The notes under the pieces were generated by a model. It searched no databases and was not told the origin of the DNA. It saw nothing but the letters and a program-made list of their open reading frames with translations. A DNA stretch of 37,343 nt from Pseudomonas phage LUZ100, in the sequence record OP329100.1; one strand, given 5' to 3'. This document shows, piece by piece, positions 22,790 to 33,632 of the stretch. Within the stretch, counting starts at the first letter, position 1. Each line of letters begins with the position of its first letter. Both the position numbers and the translations under genes were made by a program.

Positions 22790-25186
22790 ATGAGCCTGAT
22801 CTCCACGACCATTCCCAACTTGGTGAATGGGGTGAGTCAGCAGCCCTATGCGATGCGACTGGCCTCTCAATGCCAGGAGCAGATCAACGCCCACTCGTCC
22901 GTGGTCGAAGGGCTGCGGAAGCGCCCCGGTACTCGCCACCTCGCCAAGCTGCCCAACATCACCGGCAGCCTGTACGTCCACACCATCAACCGCGACGCGG
23001 TCGAGCAGTACATCGTCCTGATTCAGAACGGCAACCTGCGAGTGTTCGACCTGAACGGCGTTGAGAAGACCGTGACGTTCCCCAACGGCAAGACCTACCT
23101 GTCCTCGACCAACCCGGCTGAGGAGTTCCGGTGCGTCACCGTTGCGGACTACACCTTCGTGCTGAACACCAAGGTCGCCACCAAGGAATCCACCACGCTG
23201 ACCGCAAGCCGTCCCTACGAGGCTCTGGCCTGGGTCAAGCAAGGCGCCTACGGTGCCAAGTACTACCTGACGGTCGACGGCAAGACGGCGAGCTTCTCGG
23301 CGCCTGACGGCTCCCAGGCTGCGCACGTCAACCAAGTCACCACCGACTACATCGCCACCCAGCTCACCAGCGGCATCACCTCTGCACTGGGCACCGGCTG
23401 GTCGGTTGTTCGGTACGGCTCGACGATCCACATCAAGCGCACCGATGGGGCCAGCTTCACGATCAGCTCCGATGACTCTATCGGGGACAACGGCCTGGAG
23501 GTGATTGCCCAGAAGGCCCAGCGGTTCTCCGATCTTCCGGCCAGGGCCATCGCTGGCTTCACGGTCGAGATCGTCGGTGACCAGTCGTCGTCCTTCGACA
23601 ACTACTTCGTGGCCTATGACACCACCGGCACCGGCACCACTTCGGGTGTCTGGAAGGAAACCGTCAAGGGCGGCGAGTCGGTGGGCTTCGATTCCTCGAC
23701 CATGCCCCATGCCCTGATCCGCAACGCTGACGGCACGTTCACCTTCAAGCGTCTCGACTGGGATCAGCGCAAGGTGGGCGATCTGGACAGTAACCCGCTG
23801 CCGTCCTTCGTGGGGCGACCGCTGAACGACATCTTCTTCCACCGCAACCGGCTGGGATTCATCAGCGACGAGAACATCGTCTTCTCCCGCTCGGGTGAGT
23901 ACTTCAGCTTCTTCCGGGGCACGGCCACCACGGTGCTGGACACCGATCCCATCGACATCGGGGTATCCCACGTCAAGGTCTCGATCCTGCGCCATGCGGT
24001 GCCGTTCAACGAGACCATGCTGCTGTTCAGCGACAAGACGCAGTTCCAGCTCGGCACGGCTGACGTGCTCACGCCTGACACCATCTCGGTGAACCAGACG
24101 ACCGAGTACGAGTGCTCCCTGCGAGCCAAGCCGGTGGGCGCCGGTCGGTACGTCTACTTCGCCGTCAACCGGGGCACCTTCACGGGGCTGCGGGAGTACT
24201 ACGTCGACGGTGAGACTGAGTCCGAGGATGCGGCAGACATCACCGGCCATGTGCCCAAGTACATCCCAGGTGGGGTCTTCAAGATCGCCGCAAGCTCCAA
24301 CGAGGACTGCGTGGTGGTGCTCTCCGACGAGAAGCGCAACTGCGCCTGGGTCTACAAGTACTACTGGAGCAACGGCGAGAAGCTGCAGTCCTCGTGGTCG
24401 CGCTGGGAGTTCCACCCCGATGACCAGATCCTCAACTGCGACTTCATCGAGTCGCGCCTGTACTTTGTCATCCGGCGAAGCGACGGGCTGCACCTTGAGG
24501 TGATCAACCTCGAACCCGGTGCGATTGAGGCCAACTGGAACATTGCCGTCCACCTCGACAGCATGGTCACCCAGGCCCGCTGCACGGTGGCCTTCGTGGA
24601 GAACGACCCGGCCCTGGAGGCGGACAACGTCACCCAGGTCACGCTGCCCTACAAGCTGCGCACCGGGGAGACCGTGCAACTGGTCACCGCGCCTGGAGGC
24701 TCCCGAGTTCCTGGCTTCGTGGTGAGCGACTACACCCTGGACAACACCGGGACGTTCTCGGTGCTGAGCTTCAAGGGTGACTGGCGGGGCCAGCCGTTCT
24801 ACATCGGCAAGCCGTACACCTTCCGCTATCGGTTCTCCACCCTGGTGATCAAAGAGGAGGCCATCGGCGGGGGCCAGTTGACCATCGGTGAGGGCCGCAT
24901 CCAGCTCCGCAGAATGTCGGTGCTCTACAACAACGCCGGGCACTTCCGGGCCGAGGTAACGCCGTTCCGCAGGGATACCTACAGGTACATCTTCTCGGGG
25001 CGTGTGGTCGGCTCCGGTCGGAACATCCTGGGCCAAGTGGCTATCGAGGAAGGCAAGTTCAGCTTCCCCGTCATGGCCAAGAACGATCAGGTCGAGATCG
25101 AGCTGGTCAACGACAGCTACCTCCCGTGCTTCTTCCTGAGCGCCGAATGGGAGGCGTTCTACGTCATTCGTTCAAGGAGACTGTGA
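22790..25186 (+). CDS. Tail tubular protein B, T7 gp12-like (798 aa)
   Basis: N-terminus MSLISTTIPNLVNGVSQQP...GLRKRPG parallels T7 gp12 MALISQSIKNLKGGISQQP...GLQKRPP; matching size. Confidence 0.9.
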   Translation: MSLISTTIPNLVNGVSQQPYAMRLASQCQEQINAHSSVVEGLRKRPGTRHLAKLPNITGSLYVHTINRDAVEQYIVLIQNGNLRVFDLNGVEKTVTFPNGKTYLSSTNPAEEFRCVTVADYTFVLNTKVATKESTTLTASRPYEALAWVKQGAYGAKYYLTVDGKTASFSAPDGSQAAHVNQVTTDYIATQLTSGITSALGTGWSVVRYGSTIHIKRTDGASFTISSDDSIGDNGLEVIAQKAQRFSDLPARAIAGFTVEIVGDQSSSFDNYFVAYDTTGTGTTSGVWKETVKGGESVGFDSSTMPHALIRNADGTFTFKRLDWDQRKVGDLDSNPLPSFVGRPLNDIFFHRNRLGFISDENIVFSRSGEYFSFFRGTATTVLDTDPIDIGVSHVKVSILRHAVPFNETMLLFSDKTQFQLGTADVLTPDTISVNQTTEYECSLRAKPVGAGRYVYFAVNRGTFTGLREYYVDGETESEDAADITGHVPKYIPGGVFKIAASSNEDCVVVLSDEKRNCAWVYKYYWSNGEKLQSSWSRWEFHPDDQILNCDFIESRLYFVIRRSDGLHLEVINLEPGAIEANWNIAVHLDSMVTQARCTVAFVENDPALEADNVTQVTLPYKLRTGETVQLVTAPGGSRVPGFVVSDYTLDNTGTFSVLSFKGDWRGQPFYIGKPYTFRYRFSTLVIKEEAIGGGQLTIGEGRIQLRRMSVLYNNAGHFRAEVTPFRRDTYRYIFSGRVVGSGRNILGQVAIEEGKFSFPVMAKNDQVEIELVNDSYLPCFFLSAEWEAFYVIRSRRL

Positions 25187-25650
25187 TGCTCACCGTTCGA
25201 CGAGCAACCCATGAGGATGCCGTCGATATGGCACCGCGTCTTCGCCAAGCTGACCTTCGAGAACTCCAAGCAGTGGGGCGGAAAGATCCCCTGGAAGCCC
25301 TGCTGGTTGGGGTCGACTCGCCTGATCCTTGCTTCGTGGCAGTCGATGCGCAGGACAAGCCTCAGATCATCTGGGGCACCTGCCCATCCGATGAACCCTA
25401 CCTGGGGTACGTCTGGATGATGGCCACCGACGCCATCAAGGATCACTGGGTTCAGATCCTGCGCGAGACCCGTCCGTATCTGGCGCGTATCCGAGAGCAC
25501 TACCGCGTACTGGCCAACGCCGTCCACGCGGAAAACCAAGTCCACATCCGGTGGCTCAAGTGGGCCGGGTTCACGTTCCTGCGTGAGTTCGACTTCAACG
25601 GCCACAGGTTCTATGAGTTCGCCAAACTGATTCCCTTGGAGGGGCGCTGA
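25186..25650 (+). CDS. Internal virion protein A position (gp13 locus) with GNAT-like motifs (154 aa)
   Basis: RBS aaggagactgtgATG; start LTVRRATHEDAVDMAPRL (GNAT-like beta1/alpha1) and C-terminal VHIRWLKWAGFTFL (fY.k.GF-like). Confidence 0.4.
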   Translation: MLTVRRATHEDAVDMAPRLRQADLRELQAVGRKDPLEALLVGVDSPDPCFVAVDAQDKPQIIWGTCPSDEPYLGYVWMMATDAIKDHWVQILRETRPYLARIREHYRVLANAVHAENQVHIRWLKWAGFTFLREFDFNGHRFYEFAKLIPLEGR

Positions 25651-26240
25651 TGTGTGAACCAACCACCTTAGCAATCGCTTCCTTCGCCCTTAGTGCAGTC
25701 TCCAGCATCGCTGCGTACCAGCAAGGATCGGCACAGGCGAAGATGCAGACCAAACAGCACGAGCAAAACCAACGTAACGCTCAGGCTGCCCTGCGGGACA
25801 GCTACATCGCCATCCAGAACCGACAGCAGCAAGAAGCCCAAAGCGCTGCCCAGCAGATCGAGGAGCGCCGCCGCGAGTCGGTACGGCAGATGTCCTCGGC
25901 CTACGCAGCAGCCGGTGAGGCTGGAGTCTCTGGCTTCTCCGTTCAATCCATCCTGGCCGACATCGGCGCCACTGCATCCCGTGACATCAGCACCATCGAG
26001 CAGAACCGCGATTGGTCGCTCGACCAGCTCAACTCCGAGATGGCCGGTGCCCGTAACCAGGCCATGGGTCAGATGAACGCAACTGCTCCTGGCGTCAAAC
26101 CCAGTGCTTGGGCAACAGCCTTCCAGATCGGCGCTGCGGCGACGGACTCGTACAGCGGCTATGTCAAGCAGACAGGCTCTAACCCGTTGGCAGAGTTCTT
26201 CGGAAAGAGCACGTCAAAACCCACCACCAAGACGACCTAA
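25650..26240 (+). CDS. Internal virion protein B, gp14-like (196 aa)
   Basis: Position and size identical to T7 gp14; Q/A-rich helical. Confidence 0.6.
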   Translation: MCEPTTLAIASFALSAVSSIAAYQQGSAQAKMQTKQHEQNQRNAQAALRDSYIAIQNRQQQEAQSAAQQIEERRRESVRQMSSAYAAAGEAGVSGFSVQSILADIGATASRDISTIEQNRDWSLDQLNSEMAGARNQAMGQMNATAPGVKPSAWATAFQIGAAATDSYSGYVKQTGSNPLAEFFGKSTSKPTTKTT

Positions 26241-26250
26241 GAGGTAACCA

Positions 26251-27963
26251 ATGGACAACGTACCGGGGCTGCGGCCCTCGACTTCCTCGCGTCCCTCTGT
26301 CCGCCAAAAGAGGGGCCGAGTGGTAACCCAGCGGGATACGTCCGCCCGAGTAGGTCTGGCCCCGGCTGCGGCTCGGGTCGACACCTACGTCCGTCCTCAA
26401 GCCATCGCCCAGGACAACCGCATGGGCCAGCTTGCTGACGCTCTTGCCTCCCTGAACCCGGCCCTGGAGAAGTACGCAGCAGCGACCACCAAGGCCGTGG
26501 AAAAGGAGCAGATGCAGAAGCTGCGGTTCTACACCGAGCAGTTCATGCGCGACAAAGAGTCCGGGGCTGTCTCTGCCACCCAGGTGCAGGAGCAGTTCCC
26601 CGAGCTGGTTCCCACCGTGGCTGCCCGTATCGCCCAGGCAACGGGTGAGCAAGAGGCCAAGCAATGGGCGCTCGATCAGGTGCAGGAAATCCTGCAGAAC
26701 GACGAGCTGCGTCTGAACACGGCCAACCGCAAGCAGTTCCTCGACGGCATCCGCAAGCAAGCCTTCGAGCGCACTGGTGGCCAGGACTTCTACGGCACCG
26801 GCTTCCTCGATCAGGTCGACCGAACCCTCAACGAGTTCGAGACCACTTGGATGCGAGAAACTGCTCAGTACCATCAGGAACTCCAGAAGAACTCCTTCTC
26901 GGATGCCGTGGTGAACACCCTCAAATCCGGCGGTGACCTCCTGGCCCTGGACAACGAGTGGAAGCAGTCGTCCTCGCTGAACAACGTGGAGCGCAACAAG
27001 ATCATCGTGGGCTCGGTGATCGCCCAGGCCATCGCTGACAGCAACCCCAAGATGCTCGACACGGTGCCCACCCGGTTCCTCAATGCCGAGTCCAAGGCTG
27101 AACTGGCCAAGGTCGGTCAGCAGATCGAAGCTGCCAAGTACTCCGAGTTCGTCCGGGCCAAGGAGATCGCTGAGTTCCAGCGGTCGCAGAGCATCCGCGC
27201 CGGGAAGGCGGCGATCCTGCAGCGTCTGGTCAGTGGCGATGCCGTGAACCCGGCTGACTACTACAAGACCCCGGAGCTGTACGAGTACGCCCTGCGGCTG
27301 AACTCCCAGCCCACCCTGGATGCCACCTACAGCACCCGCAATGCTGCCTCGGTGCGCTCCAAGCTGCTCCAGGCTGGCACCACCGGCTCCTTCACCCAGG
27401 CGTTCGAGGCCGATCCTGAGTTCCTGTACGACTTCCGCCAGGACGGTGAAGTGACCGAAGACCGTCTGCGCGACCACATCATGGCCCGTAGTGACCTGAA
27501 CCCGAACGACAAGCAGAAGCTGATCGACGAGATTCCGGTGCTGATGGGTGGGGTCAACATGCTCCGCGATCAGGACGTGACCACCTACTTCGACTCCAAC
27601 CTGGGAGACGACCTCAAGGTGTTCGCCCAGTCCCCGCAGGGCCAGATCCTCCAGATCCAGGGGGTGAACGCCCAGGGCGCTGTCCGCTCCACGTTCTTCA
27701 ACACGCTGGCCTACGAGGTCAACGCCTACATCGAGGAGAACGGTGAGCTACCCCGTGGCCGCGCCAAGCTGGAGCTGATGGAGCGTGCCCGCCAAGCCGC
27801 TGACATGCGCCTCCAGACCCTGCAGAACCGCTCCATGCCGCAACCTGCGGCTCAACCGCAAGCAACCAATAAACCCGCACCGACCCCGCAACGGGCTGCG
27901 CCGGAAGGCTCGGCCAACTCGTTCCGTCTACCGAACGGCGTGGAGGTGCGCCGAGTAGAGTGA
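26251..27963 (+). CDS. Internal virion (core) protein C, gp15-like (570 aa)
   Basis: Position between the gp14 and gp16 analogues; RBS taagaggtaaccaATG. Confidence 0.6.
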   Translation: MDNVPGLRPSTSSRPSVRQKRGRVVTQRDTSARVGLAPAAARVDTYVRPQAIAQDNRMGQLADALASLNPALEKYAAATTKAVEKEQMQKLRFYTEQFMRDKESGAVSATQVQEQFPELVPTVAARIAQATGEQEAKQWALDQVQEILQNDELRLNTANRKQFLDGIRKQAFERTGGQDFYGTGFLDQVDRTLNEFETTWMRETAQYHQELQKNSFSDAVVNTLKSGGDLLALDNEWKQSSSLNNVERNKIIVGSVIAQAIADSNPKMLDTVPTRFLNAESKAELAKVGQQIEAAKYSEFVRAKEIAEFQRSQSIRAGKAAILQRLVSGDAVNPADYYKTPELYEYALRLNSQPTLDATYSTRNAASVRSKLLQAGTTGSFTQAFEADPEFLYDFRQDGEVTEDRLRDHIMARSDLNPNDKQKLIDEIPVLMGGVNMLRDQDVTTYFDSNLGDDLKVFAQSPQGQILQIQGVNAQGAVRSTFFNTLAYEVNAYIEENGELPRGRAKLELMERARQAADMRLQTLQNRSMPQPAAQPQATNKPAPTPQRAAPEGSANSFRLPNGVEVRRVE

Positions 27964-27971
27964 GGAATTGA

Positions 27972-30900
27972 ATGGCCGTTTACGAGATCGGCGGCGCTCG
28001 TTATGAGCTGCCCGATGACCTCCAGGGTGACCAACTCAACGAGACCCTGATGTACCTCTCCCAGGCCGAAGCGCCCCAGGAAGCTGCCCCGGCCCCGACT
28101 GATTACCAGTATGGGGCTGTGGCCGAGGACATCGACCCCGATACCCTGGCCAGCAACCAAGACTGGCTCAACGCCTCCCGCGTGCTGTACCAGATGAACG
28201 AGGGGCAACCCTTCCAGGGCAGCGACCAAGAGTTGGCCGAGTGGGGTCTCGACATGATGGGCTGGTTCAATTACAACCTGCCCGTAATGGCGGTGGATGC
28301 TGCCAAGATCGGCAACGCAGAGCAGTACGAGAAGGATGCCTTCCTGTACCTGATGGACTCCTACGACAACCTCAACGTGTCCTGGGAGGGAGCCGGTCGA
28401 TTCTTCAAGGGCGTCCTGACTGACCCTACAACCTACGTCGGTCTGGGCACCCTGGGTGTCGGCCTCGCTGGTAAGGAAGGTGCCAAGCAAGCCACCAAGG
28501 CTGGCGTCCGAGAGCTGCTCAAGGCTGGCCTCAAGACCGGCACCGTGGCTGGCGTCGAGGGTGCCATGTACGGCGCGGTCGACAACACCATCCGCCAGAG
28601 CATCGAGGTATCTGCAGGACGTAAGGAGGAGATTGATGGCACGTCTGTTCTGGGCAGTGCTGCCCTGGGTGCAGGGGTTGGCTTGGCTGGGGGTACTGTA
28701 CTCTCTGCTGTTTCAGACTCACTAGCCAACAAGTGGCGCAACTTCCGGGCTGGGCCGGAGGAAACCCTTCCGGTTCCAGTCCAAGCGGCACCAGAGGCTC
28801 AGCCGAAAGCTGCTGTTGACAGTGCAGCACCCACTACCCCCGATGCGGCTCCCACTCCTAGCCAACCGGCTCAACTCGAAGCCCCGCCGACCGATCTTGT
28901 TCGGGTGGCTCCGGGCACCGATGCAGCCATCCCGGCCCGCGAAGGCGAGCTGATCTTCAACCGCACCCTGGAGCAGCTCAACACCCCCGAGCTGGACAAC
29001 CAGATCCCGTTCGTTCCCAGGAACATGGACGAGGTGACCCAGTTCGCTGAGTCCCTGGCCGAAGACCTTCGAGACCTGCACTACACCCAGGTCGAGGACA
29101 TCGTCGACCAACTCCGCACCACCAAGATGACCCAGGCCGAATGGGGCAGCTTCAACCGCTCCACCCAGATCGCCGTGGATCAGCTCCGCGTCGAGCTGGC
29201 CAGGGTCATCAAGGAAACCCAGGGCACCACCGATCCCGAGAAGCTGTACCTCCTGGGCAAACAACAGGAGAAGCTGGAGCGTCTGCTGTCGCCGGTAGCC
29301 GCCATGGACGAGGCGTTCTCCTCGCTCACCGGCTCCATGCTGCGGCAACGCCAGGAGGGTCTGACGGCTCTTCGTGGTTTGAGTCCCGAGGAGCTGGCCA
29401 AGCAAGGGATGACCAAGGAAGCAGCCGATGCCGAGTACGCTCGCCGTGTCGATGCAGTCATGGAAAGCGCGGAGTTCAAGCAGAAGACCCAGGAGTACGA
29501 CTCCGCGATCTCTGCAGCCCTGGCCAAGGGTGACGTTGGGGAAGCCGCAAGGCTCACCGTGATCAAGCAGGAGGAGCTGGCTATCGACGCTGAGTCGGCT
29601 GCTGGCACCAACCCTGGGTTCATCCGCAAGGCCAACGAGCTGATCATCTCCAACGTGTTCAGCATGACCACCCTGATGGTCAACGCCGTGCCTTCCATGG
29701 CCAAGGTGCTGTACCGGCCCACGCTCAACGCGGCCCTGTCGAACCCCTTCGAGAAGGCTACCCGCCGCGAGATGATGGCCACTTACAGCGCCATGCGGTC
29801 GGCTACTGGCGGTGCCTGGAGAGCGGCCAAGGCTGCCTTCCGGTACGAACAGGCGATCCTCACCAGGGAGTCTGGCCGGTTGCTGGAGGGCGAGCTGGCG
29901 ATCAAGGGACTCAAGGGAGGCGTCATCCGCATGTTCCCGCGACTGCTGAACGCCTCCGACGAGTTCATGTCGCGCATCACCTACGAGGGCTTCATCGCCG
30001 GTAAGGTGGCAAACGACGCATTCGAGGAAGGTGAACGCCAGGGACTCAAGGGCAAGGCGCTGAACCAGTTCGTGAAGACCAAGGTGCGGGAAGCCATCGA
30101 GGCGTCCTACGCCAACCCCACGGCCCAGGAGAACCTGAACGTCGTGCTGAACAAGGGCCGAACCCTGGGCTACTCCGGGCAGAAGCTGATCAACTACGTC
30201 CAGCGCGAGGTGGCCCGAGACCCCGAGGCACTACGCCACGGTCACGACTCCGAGGCCATCGACTACGTCCGCGACGTACTCTACAAGCGGGCGTTCAGTG
30301 GTGAGGGCTTCGCGTCCAGCACCGCCAAGCGCTACGAGGACTGGGTCAACGAGCATCCGATCGTTCGCCTCATGGGGCAGTTGTTCTTCCGTACCCCCGT
30401 GCGTGTCTTCGAGGAAGGCATGAGGATGACTCCCGGTGTGCAGGTACTGGCCCCTGGCTTCATTCGTGACCTGCGTGGCCTGAATGGTCGCCGGGCGCAG
30501 ATGCGTGCCCAGGGCGAGGCGATGATGTCGTTGGCCGCTACCAGTGCTGTCCTGACGCTGTACGCCCAAGGGCGGATCACTGGCGACGGTGCCTACTCGG
30601 ACTGGCGGCAGCAGCGTGCCCGTGGGGATTCCGATCTACCTGAGCCGTACACCATCCGGTTCGACGACGGTTCCACCTGGAGCTACCGCAACTTCGACCC
30701 GCTGGCGACCCCGTTGAAGATCATGATCAACGGCCTGGAGCGCTACGAGAACCTAGTGCGCCGGGAGCGTCAGGGTGAGTTCGTGGCCAAGACCGAGTGG
30801 GATCGAGCCAAGGCAGCGGTGTCTGTCGGAACCGGGGCAATCGCCCAGGCCATCCGCGATGCCAACCTCATGGCCGGTGTCGACGCAATGCTGACCCTTG

Positions 30901-31604
30901 GAGAGGACGCCACCGATCCCGAGAAGTCCGACGCTGCGATGCTCAAGTTCCTGGGCGAGAAGCTGCGCACCCTGGTGCCCAACACCATGCAGAAGATCGC
31001 CAAGACCAACGACCCGACCATCGACGACCCGACTACGTTCTGGCAGATGGTGGAGTCGAAGGTGCTCTTTGGGGGAACCCTGGGAGCCTACGAGCGCAGT
31101 GCCCCGAAGTCCTACGACTTCCTGGGGAACGTGCGGCAGATGGGCGACGAGGGGGCAATGTGGAACATCTTCTCCCTGTCCACTCCCGAGGAGCGGGCCA
31201 AGGGCATGAACGAGCAGCAGCTCGATGTGCTCCGCAAGCTCGACTACATCAGCAAGCAGACCGGGACGACCTTCGCTGCGCCCAACAAGCACCGGCTGAT
31301 GGGCAACACCGATCTTCGCAAGACGTTGACGGCGGACGGCCAGGAGTCCCTGTATGACCGCTGGCAGCGCTACTACAAGGAGCAGCAGCCCGAGGTCGGC
31401 CTGTCGCAGATCCTCAACGCCGGTCTCCCGGTGGGCACCCAGTCCATCAGCGGGCCGGTGGTGCAGCAGGTGAACCGCTACATCAACTCCCTCCGTGATG
31501 CCGCTTTCTACCGGCTCATGGCCGAGGAAGCTGGCGTCCAGCAAGGAGTCATCCAGAACCTGCACCGCAAAGCTGAGGTGAAAGCGGGCTTCTGGGATCA
31601 GTAA
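27972..31604 (+). CDS. Internal virion (core/ejection) protein D, gp16-like (1210 aa)
   Basis: Largest structural ORF just before the tail fiber, as in T7; RBS gagga. Confidence 0.65.
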   Translation: MAVYEIGGARYELPDDLQGDQLNETLMYLSQAEAPQEAAPAPTDYQYGAVAEDIDPDTLASNQDWLNASRVLYQMNEGQPFQGSDQELAEWGLDMMGWFNYNLPVMAVDAAKIGNAEQYEKDAFLYLMDSYDNLNVSWEGAGRFFKGVLTDPTTYVGLGTLGVGLAGKEGAKQATKAGVRELLKAGLKTGTVAGVEGAMYGAVDNTIRQSIEVSAGRKEEIDGTSVLGSAALGAGVGLAGGTVLSAVSDSLANKWRNFRAGPEETLPVPVQAAPEAQPKAAVDSAAPTTPDAAPTPSQPAQLEAPPTDLVRVAPGTDAAIPAREGELIFNRTLEQLNTPELDNQIPFVPRNMDEVTQFAESLAEDLRDLHYTQVEDIVDQLRTTKMTQAEWGSFNRSTQIAVDQLRVELARVIKETQGTTDPEKLYLLGKQQEKLERLLSPVAAMDEAFSSLTGSMLRQRQEGLTALRGLSPEELAKQGMTKEAADAEYARRVDAVMESAEFKQKTQEYDSAISAALAKGDVGEAARLTVIKQEELAIDAESAAGTNPGFIRKANELIISNVFSMTTLMVNAVPSMAKVLYRPTLNAALSNPFEKATRREMMATYSAMRSATGGAWRAAKAAFRYEQAILTRESGRLLEGELAIKGLKGGVIRMFPRLLNASDEFMSRITYEGFIAGKVANDAFEEGERQGLKGKALNQFVKTKVREAIEASYANPTAQENLNVVLNKGRTLGYSGQKLINYVQREVARDPEALRHGHDSEAIDYVRDVLYKRAFSGEGFASSTAKRYEDWVNEHPIVRLMGQLFFRTPVRVFEEGMRMTPGVQVLAPGFIRDLRGLNGRRAQMRAQGEAMMSLAATSAVLTLYAQGRITGDGAYSDWRQQRARGDSDLPEPYTIRFDDGSTWSYRNFDPLATPLKIMINGLERYENLVRRERQGEFVAKTEWDRAKAAVSVGTGAIAQAIRDANLMAGVDAMLTLGEDATDPEKSDAAMLKFLGEKLRTLVPNTMQKIAKTNDPTIDDPTTFWQMVESKVLFGGTLGAYERSAPKSYDFLGNVRQMGDEGAMWNIFSLSTPEERAKGMNEQQLDVLRKLDYISKQTGTTFAAPNKHRLMGNTDLRKTLTADGQESLYDRWQRYYKEQQPEVGLSQILNAGLPVGTQSISGPVVQQVNRYINSLRDAAFYRLMAEEAGVQQGVIQNLHRKAEVKAGFWDQ

Positions 31605-31625
31605 CAACCATTCGTTCAACGCACA

Positions 31626-31657
31626 GGGGCGGCCTTCGGGTCGCCCTTTTTCTTTGT
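31626..31657 (+). terminator. Rho-independent terminator with UUCG tetraloop between gp16 and the tail fiber gene
   Basis: ggggcggcc-TTCG-ggtcgccc then tttttctttg. Confidence 0.6.
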
Positions 31658-31670
31658 CTGGAGGAAAAGC

Positions 31671-33623
31671 ATGGCTCTTGCACGAGTCACCTATACCCAG
31701 AGCGTCAACGGTAACCGCAACTTCTCGGTGCCTTTCCCGTACCTGTCCAAGGATCACGTCAAGGTCACCGTGAACGGCGCAGCCGTGACGTTCTCCTGGC
31801 TGTCGGCCTCGTCCATCCAGTTGACCACGGCACCGGCCATCGGCGCCAAGGTCGAGGTTCGCCGGGTAACCGAGCGCAACTCTCTGCTGGTGGACTTCGC
31901 GGACGGCTCCACGCTCACCGAAAGCCAGCTCGATCTGGCCAGCAAGCAGAACTTCTATCTGTCCCAGGAAGCGGATGACCTGGCTGTCGAATCCAATGGT
32001 CTGGCGAACAATGCAGTGAGCATCGCCAATGGTGCTACCACTACGGCCAATGAGGCGAAGACCCTCGCCAACAGCGCGGTGAGTACCGCAAACACAGCGA
32101 ACTCCACTGCCAACCAAGCCAAGACCTCTGCTGATAGCGCTGTGGTAACTGCCGGTAACGCCGCCAACACCGCTTCATCTGCAGTGGTGACTGCCAACGG
32201 AGCGGTTCAAACCGCCCAACAGGCTGACTCTAAGGCTGGCTCCGCCGTGACAACCGCTTCCCAAGCGAATAGCCGTGCAGCCAGCGCGGAATCCAAAGCT
32301 GATTCGGCAGTAGCCACCGCCAATGGGGCTAACACGAAGGCAGACGCCGCCACGAACACAGCGAACACCGCACTGAGTACCGCGAACACCGCACTGAGCA
32401 ATTCGGAAGCCGCTGTGTCTCTAGCTAACGCGGCGTCGATCAGCTCCGACGAAGCTCAGGCATCCTCAAGCGCTGCCCAGGCTGCTGCCCAGGCTGCTGC
32501 CCAGGACGCCCAAACAGCGGTGAACACTGCTCTAGGGTTAGAGTCAACAGTCAATCAGGTTCTGCAGGATGTCCAAGCGATTGCCGGTGGTGACCTCTCG
32601 GACTTCGCAAAGAACTCCGAGAACTTGTCCGGCCTAACTAATAAGGCAGCGGCAAGAAGTAACTTGGGCCTTGGTCAGGTAGACAACACCCGTGACTTGG
32701 ATAAGCCGATCTCGAACGCTACACAACAAGCGCTCGACACAAAAGCTGAATCCGTTCATGTACACACCAAGTCTCAGATCACTGACTTCACTGTAAGTTG
32801 GGACGAGGTCACAGGTAAACCGTCAACTTTCACCCCGAGCAGTCACAGTCATGCCGCTACGGACTTGCCGGGTTCCGTGCGGGGTCTGGTAGCGTCCTAC
32901 GGGAGCGGTTGGGGAGATCCAAATAGCTCAGTAGACCACATCCTACTTTCCAATCACGCGAATACCCCAAATTCGTCGTTCTACTGGCACATCTACACGA
33001 GCTTCTACTCGTCGATTAGCTCGACAGCGAACCGCTCGCAGTTGGCCATCCAATATAACGGCGGCAATCAAGTATACGCCCGCTCGTGTTTCAACTCGAC
33101 GTGGACGCCTTGGGTGCGTTTGGATGTTGGCGATTGGGATACGCTGCTGAATAAGCCGAGCAGTTTTACACCCTCGGCTCACTCTCACGTATGGGCGGAT
33201 ATTACCAACCCTCCGGCACAAGCGACTCGGTGGCCTACTTGGACAGAAGTAACCAGTAAGCCCACTACCTTCCCCCCGAGTAGCCACACGCACGGCGTAA
33301 ATGACATTGCCACAGCATTTACCGCTGCGGGTTTGCAGAGTCTCGGAACTGACGGTTACCAGCAGTTCCCTGGTGGGTTAATCCTGCAGTGGGGTAGAAC
33401 TGCCAGCATAGCTGGTGATTCGAGCACCACCATTACCTTTCCCATCACTTTCCCTTCAGTTGTCGCAGTGGCCCATGCAACGCCACTTGTAACCGGCAAC
33501 GCGGTCACCAGCGACAACTGGGGCATGGTAGAGCCGATTAGCACCTCCCAACTACGTGTGTACCGTGGGTTAAAAGGTGTCAGCCAGAAAAACCTTGTTT
33601 ATTGGACGGCTATTGGATACTGA
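31671..33623 (+). CDS. Tail fiber protein: gp17-like N-terminal adaptor domain fused to repeat-rich and low-GC C-terminal domains
   Basis: N-terminus VTYTQSVNGNRNFSVPFPYL...VEVRRVTERNSLLVDFADGS parallels T7 gp17 (LTYQLDGSNRDFNIPFEYL...ELRRVTSTTDRLVDFTDGS); then Ala/Ser/Thr/Asn-rich repeats; C-terminal part has different base composition. Confidence 0.9.
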   Translation: MALARVTYTQSVNGNRNFSVPFPYLSKDHVKVTVNGAAVTFSWLSASSIQLTTAPAIGAKVEVRRVTERNSLLVDFADGSTLTESQLDLASKQNFYLSQEADDLAVESNGLANNAVSIANGATTTANEAKTLANSAVSTANTANSTANQAKTSADSAVVTAGNAANTASSAVVTANGAVQTAQQADSKAGSAVTTASQANSRAASAESKADSAVATANGANTKADAATNTANTALSTANTALSNSEAAVSLANAASISSDEAQASSSAAQAAAQAAAQDAQTAVNTALGLESTVNQVLQDVQAIAGGDLSDFAKNSENLSGLTNKAAARSNLGLGQVDNTRDLDKPISNATQQALDTKAESVHVHTKSQITDFTVSWDEVTGKPSTFTPSSHSHAATDLPGSVRGLVASYGSGWGDPNSSVDHILLSNHANTPNSSFYWHIYTSFYSSISSTANRSQLAIQYNGGNQVYARSCFNSTWTPWVRLDVGDWDTLLNKPSSFTPSAHSHVWADITNPPAQATRWPTWTEVTSKPTTFPPSSHTHGVNDIATAFTAAGLQSLGTDGYQQFPGGLILQWGRTASIAGDSSTTITFPITFPSVVAVAHATPLVTGNAVTSDNWGMVEPISTSQLRVYRGLKGVSQKNLVYWTAIGY

Positions 33624-33632
33624 GGAGCATTT

